Of a stretch of DNA of 64,000 nt, positions 62,869 to 64,000 are shown piece by piece. Source of the stretch: Octopus bimaculoides (lineage: Eukaryota). A model generated the notes under the pieces. It was given only the letters and a program-made list of their open reading frames with translations. It searched no databases and had not been told where the DNA came from. The stretch is from the NCBI RefSeq assembly GCF_001194135.2, contig NC_068988.1, positions 60,617,632 through 60,681,631 on the forward strand, in the 5' to 3' direction. How positions within the stretch are numbered: position 1 is the first letter of the stretch; every line of letters begins with the position of its first letter. The position numbers and the translations under genes are program-made.

Positions 62869-63757
62869 CACACACACACACACACACACACATGAGTAAA
62901 TATTTGTATGCATGTATATATGATGCATACATAGATATATGCATACACGAGTGTATAGTTGTAGGTGCACAATTTTGAGTGCATATGTATGTATTTATTG
63001 ATTGTTTTGTCGTATTATACTAAAAAAAAAATTGTATTATAAATGAATAACGCGTGATGTATGTCCGCGTGTTAACCAGATACCGGTTTGCGTTATTAGT
63101 TACTATTAGCCACACACACACAAAGACACACACGCACAAAGACACATACACACACAAACATACATGCTCACAAACACTAGCATAAATATATATAATATAT
63201 ACGGGTATATAACCAGACTCACCACACATAATATCTAAGTCGTTAGCTAAATGCAGCTTAAACAGCCATTGTCTACAAGTGTTACATTTGCAAATAATCG
63301 TTGTTTCTAAATTCTGTGGCCATTAATATTAAAAGACTTGTTTAATATCACAGACAGCTGGTACCTAAATCCTCAGATTTTAGGATAACTTTAATAACCG
63401 CAGCCAACGACCAAGTTGACCACATTCATTCGACATCTCTCTGATATAATAACATTTCCATATACGGCAACATTTCCATGTGGTATCACTCTACGTCTAT
63501 ATGCTTGCATACATACATACATACATACATACATACATACGTACATACATATATACATATATACATGCATACATACATACAGATATATACAGAGAGAAAG
63601 AGAGAGGTGAAGAGAGAGAGAGCGATATATGTATGTGCTTAATAGTTATACTCAAACGTGCAAACTGCATTATGCTCACATAAGTACACGTATAAGATGT
63701 ATGTACATATGCGTTATATATATACTCACACATACTCTGAAATGTATGCACAAGCGG

Positions 63758-63793
<36 letters not shown>

Positions 63794-64000
63794 ACATACA
63801 CACATACATACACACGCACACACACACACACACATTCACTTTATTAAGCATATTATCATATCTATCGTCGCATACTCGTGTGTAAATACCTGAGCGTCCA
63901 TACGAGCTGCACGTATGTATACATAAATATGTAGATATATACATACATACATACATCAATCTCTCCATCCTTGTGTGTGTGTATATGTATATATATATAT

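Noticed and set aside
2669-63968. Long ORFs in the supplied track (poly-F/L/S/K/E, HT/YI/CV repeats, X runs)
   Set aside because: They are translations of microsatellites or N-gaps; none has domain-like sequence.
1-64000. CRISPR arrays, rRNA, prokaryotic operons or viral genes
   Set aside because: No repeat-spacer arrays, rRNA-like sequence or dense ORFs seen; the window is eukaryotic intronic/intergenic DNA.

Overview
Repeat-dense, AT-rich, intron-scale animal DNA from a draft assembly: 22 N-gaps, about 11 kb (~18%), nearly all flanked by microsatellites. The tRNA-derived CORE-type SINE families and microsatellite load look like an octopod cephalopod genome (inferred from repeat recognition, not a search). 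Almost all ORFs in the supplied track are microsatellite or N artefacts. The one host gene I can support is the last coding exon of syntaxin-8 (3486-3550, +, C-terminal membrane anchor), with a candidate 3'-UTR intron and a downstream exon. The rest is TEs: at least four SINE families, Tc1/mariner relics (DD41D rosa/VS, DD37D maT, DD34D-type mariner, pogo/Tigger, a MITE), a hAT MITE, a CR1/L2-like RT fragment and many Penelope-like element (PLE) fragments. The most notable signal is a set of hammerhead ribozyme motifs. One has an intact core (39545-39628). Another sits inside a Pol III tRNA-headed short element flanked by a 15-bp TSD (55115-55477), a candidate ribozyme-carrying, PLE-mobilised SINE/retrozyme. 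All alignments, folds and residue counts were done by eye; TE boundaries without TSD/TIR support are approximate.
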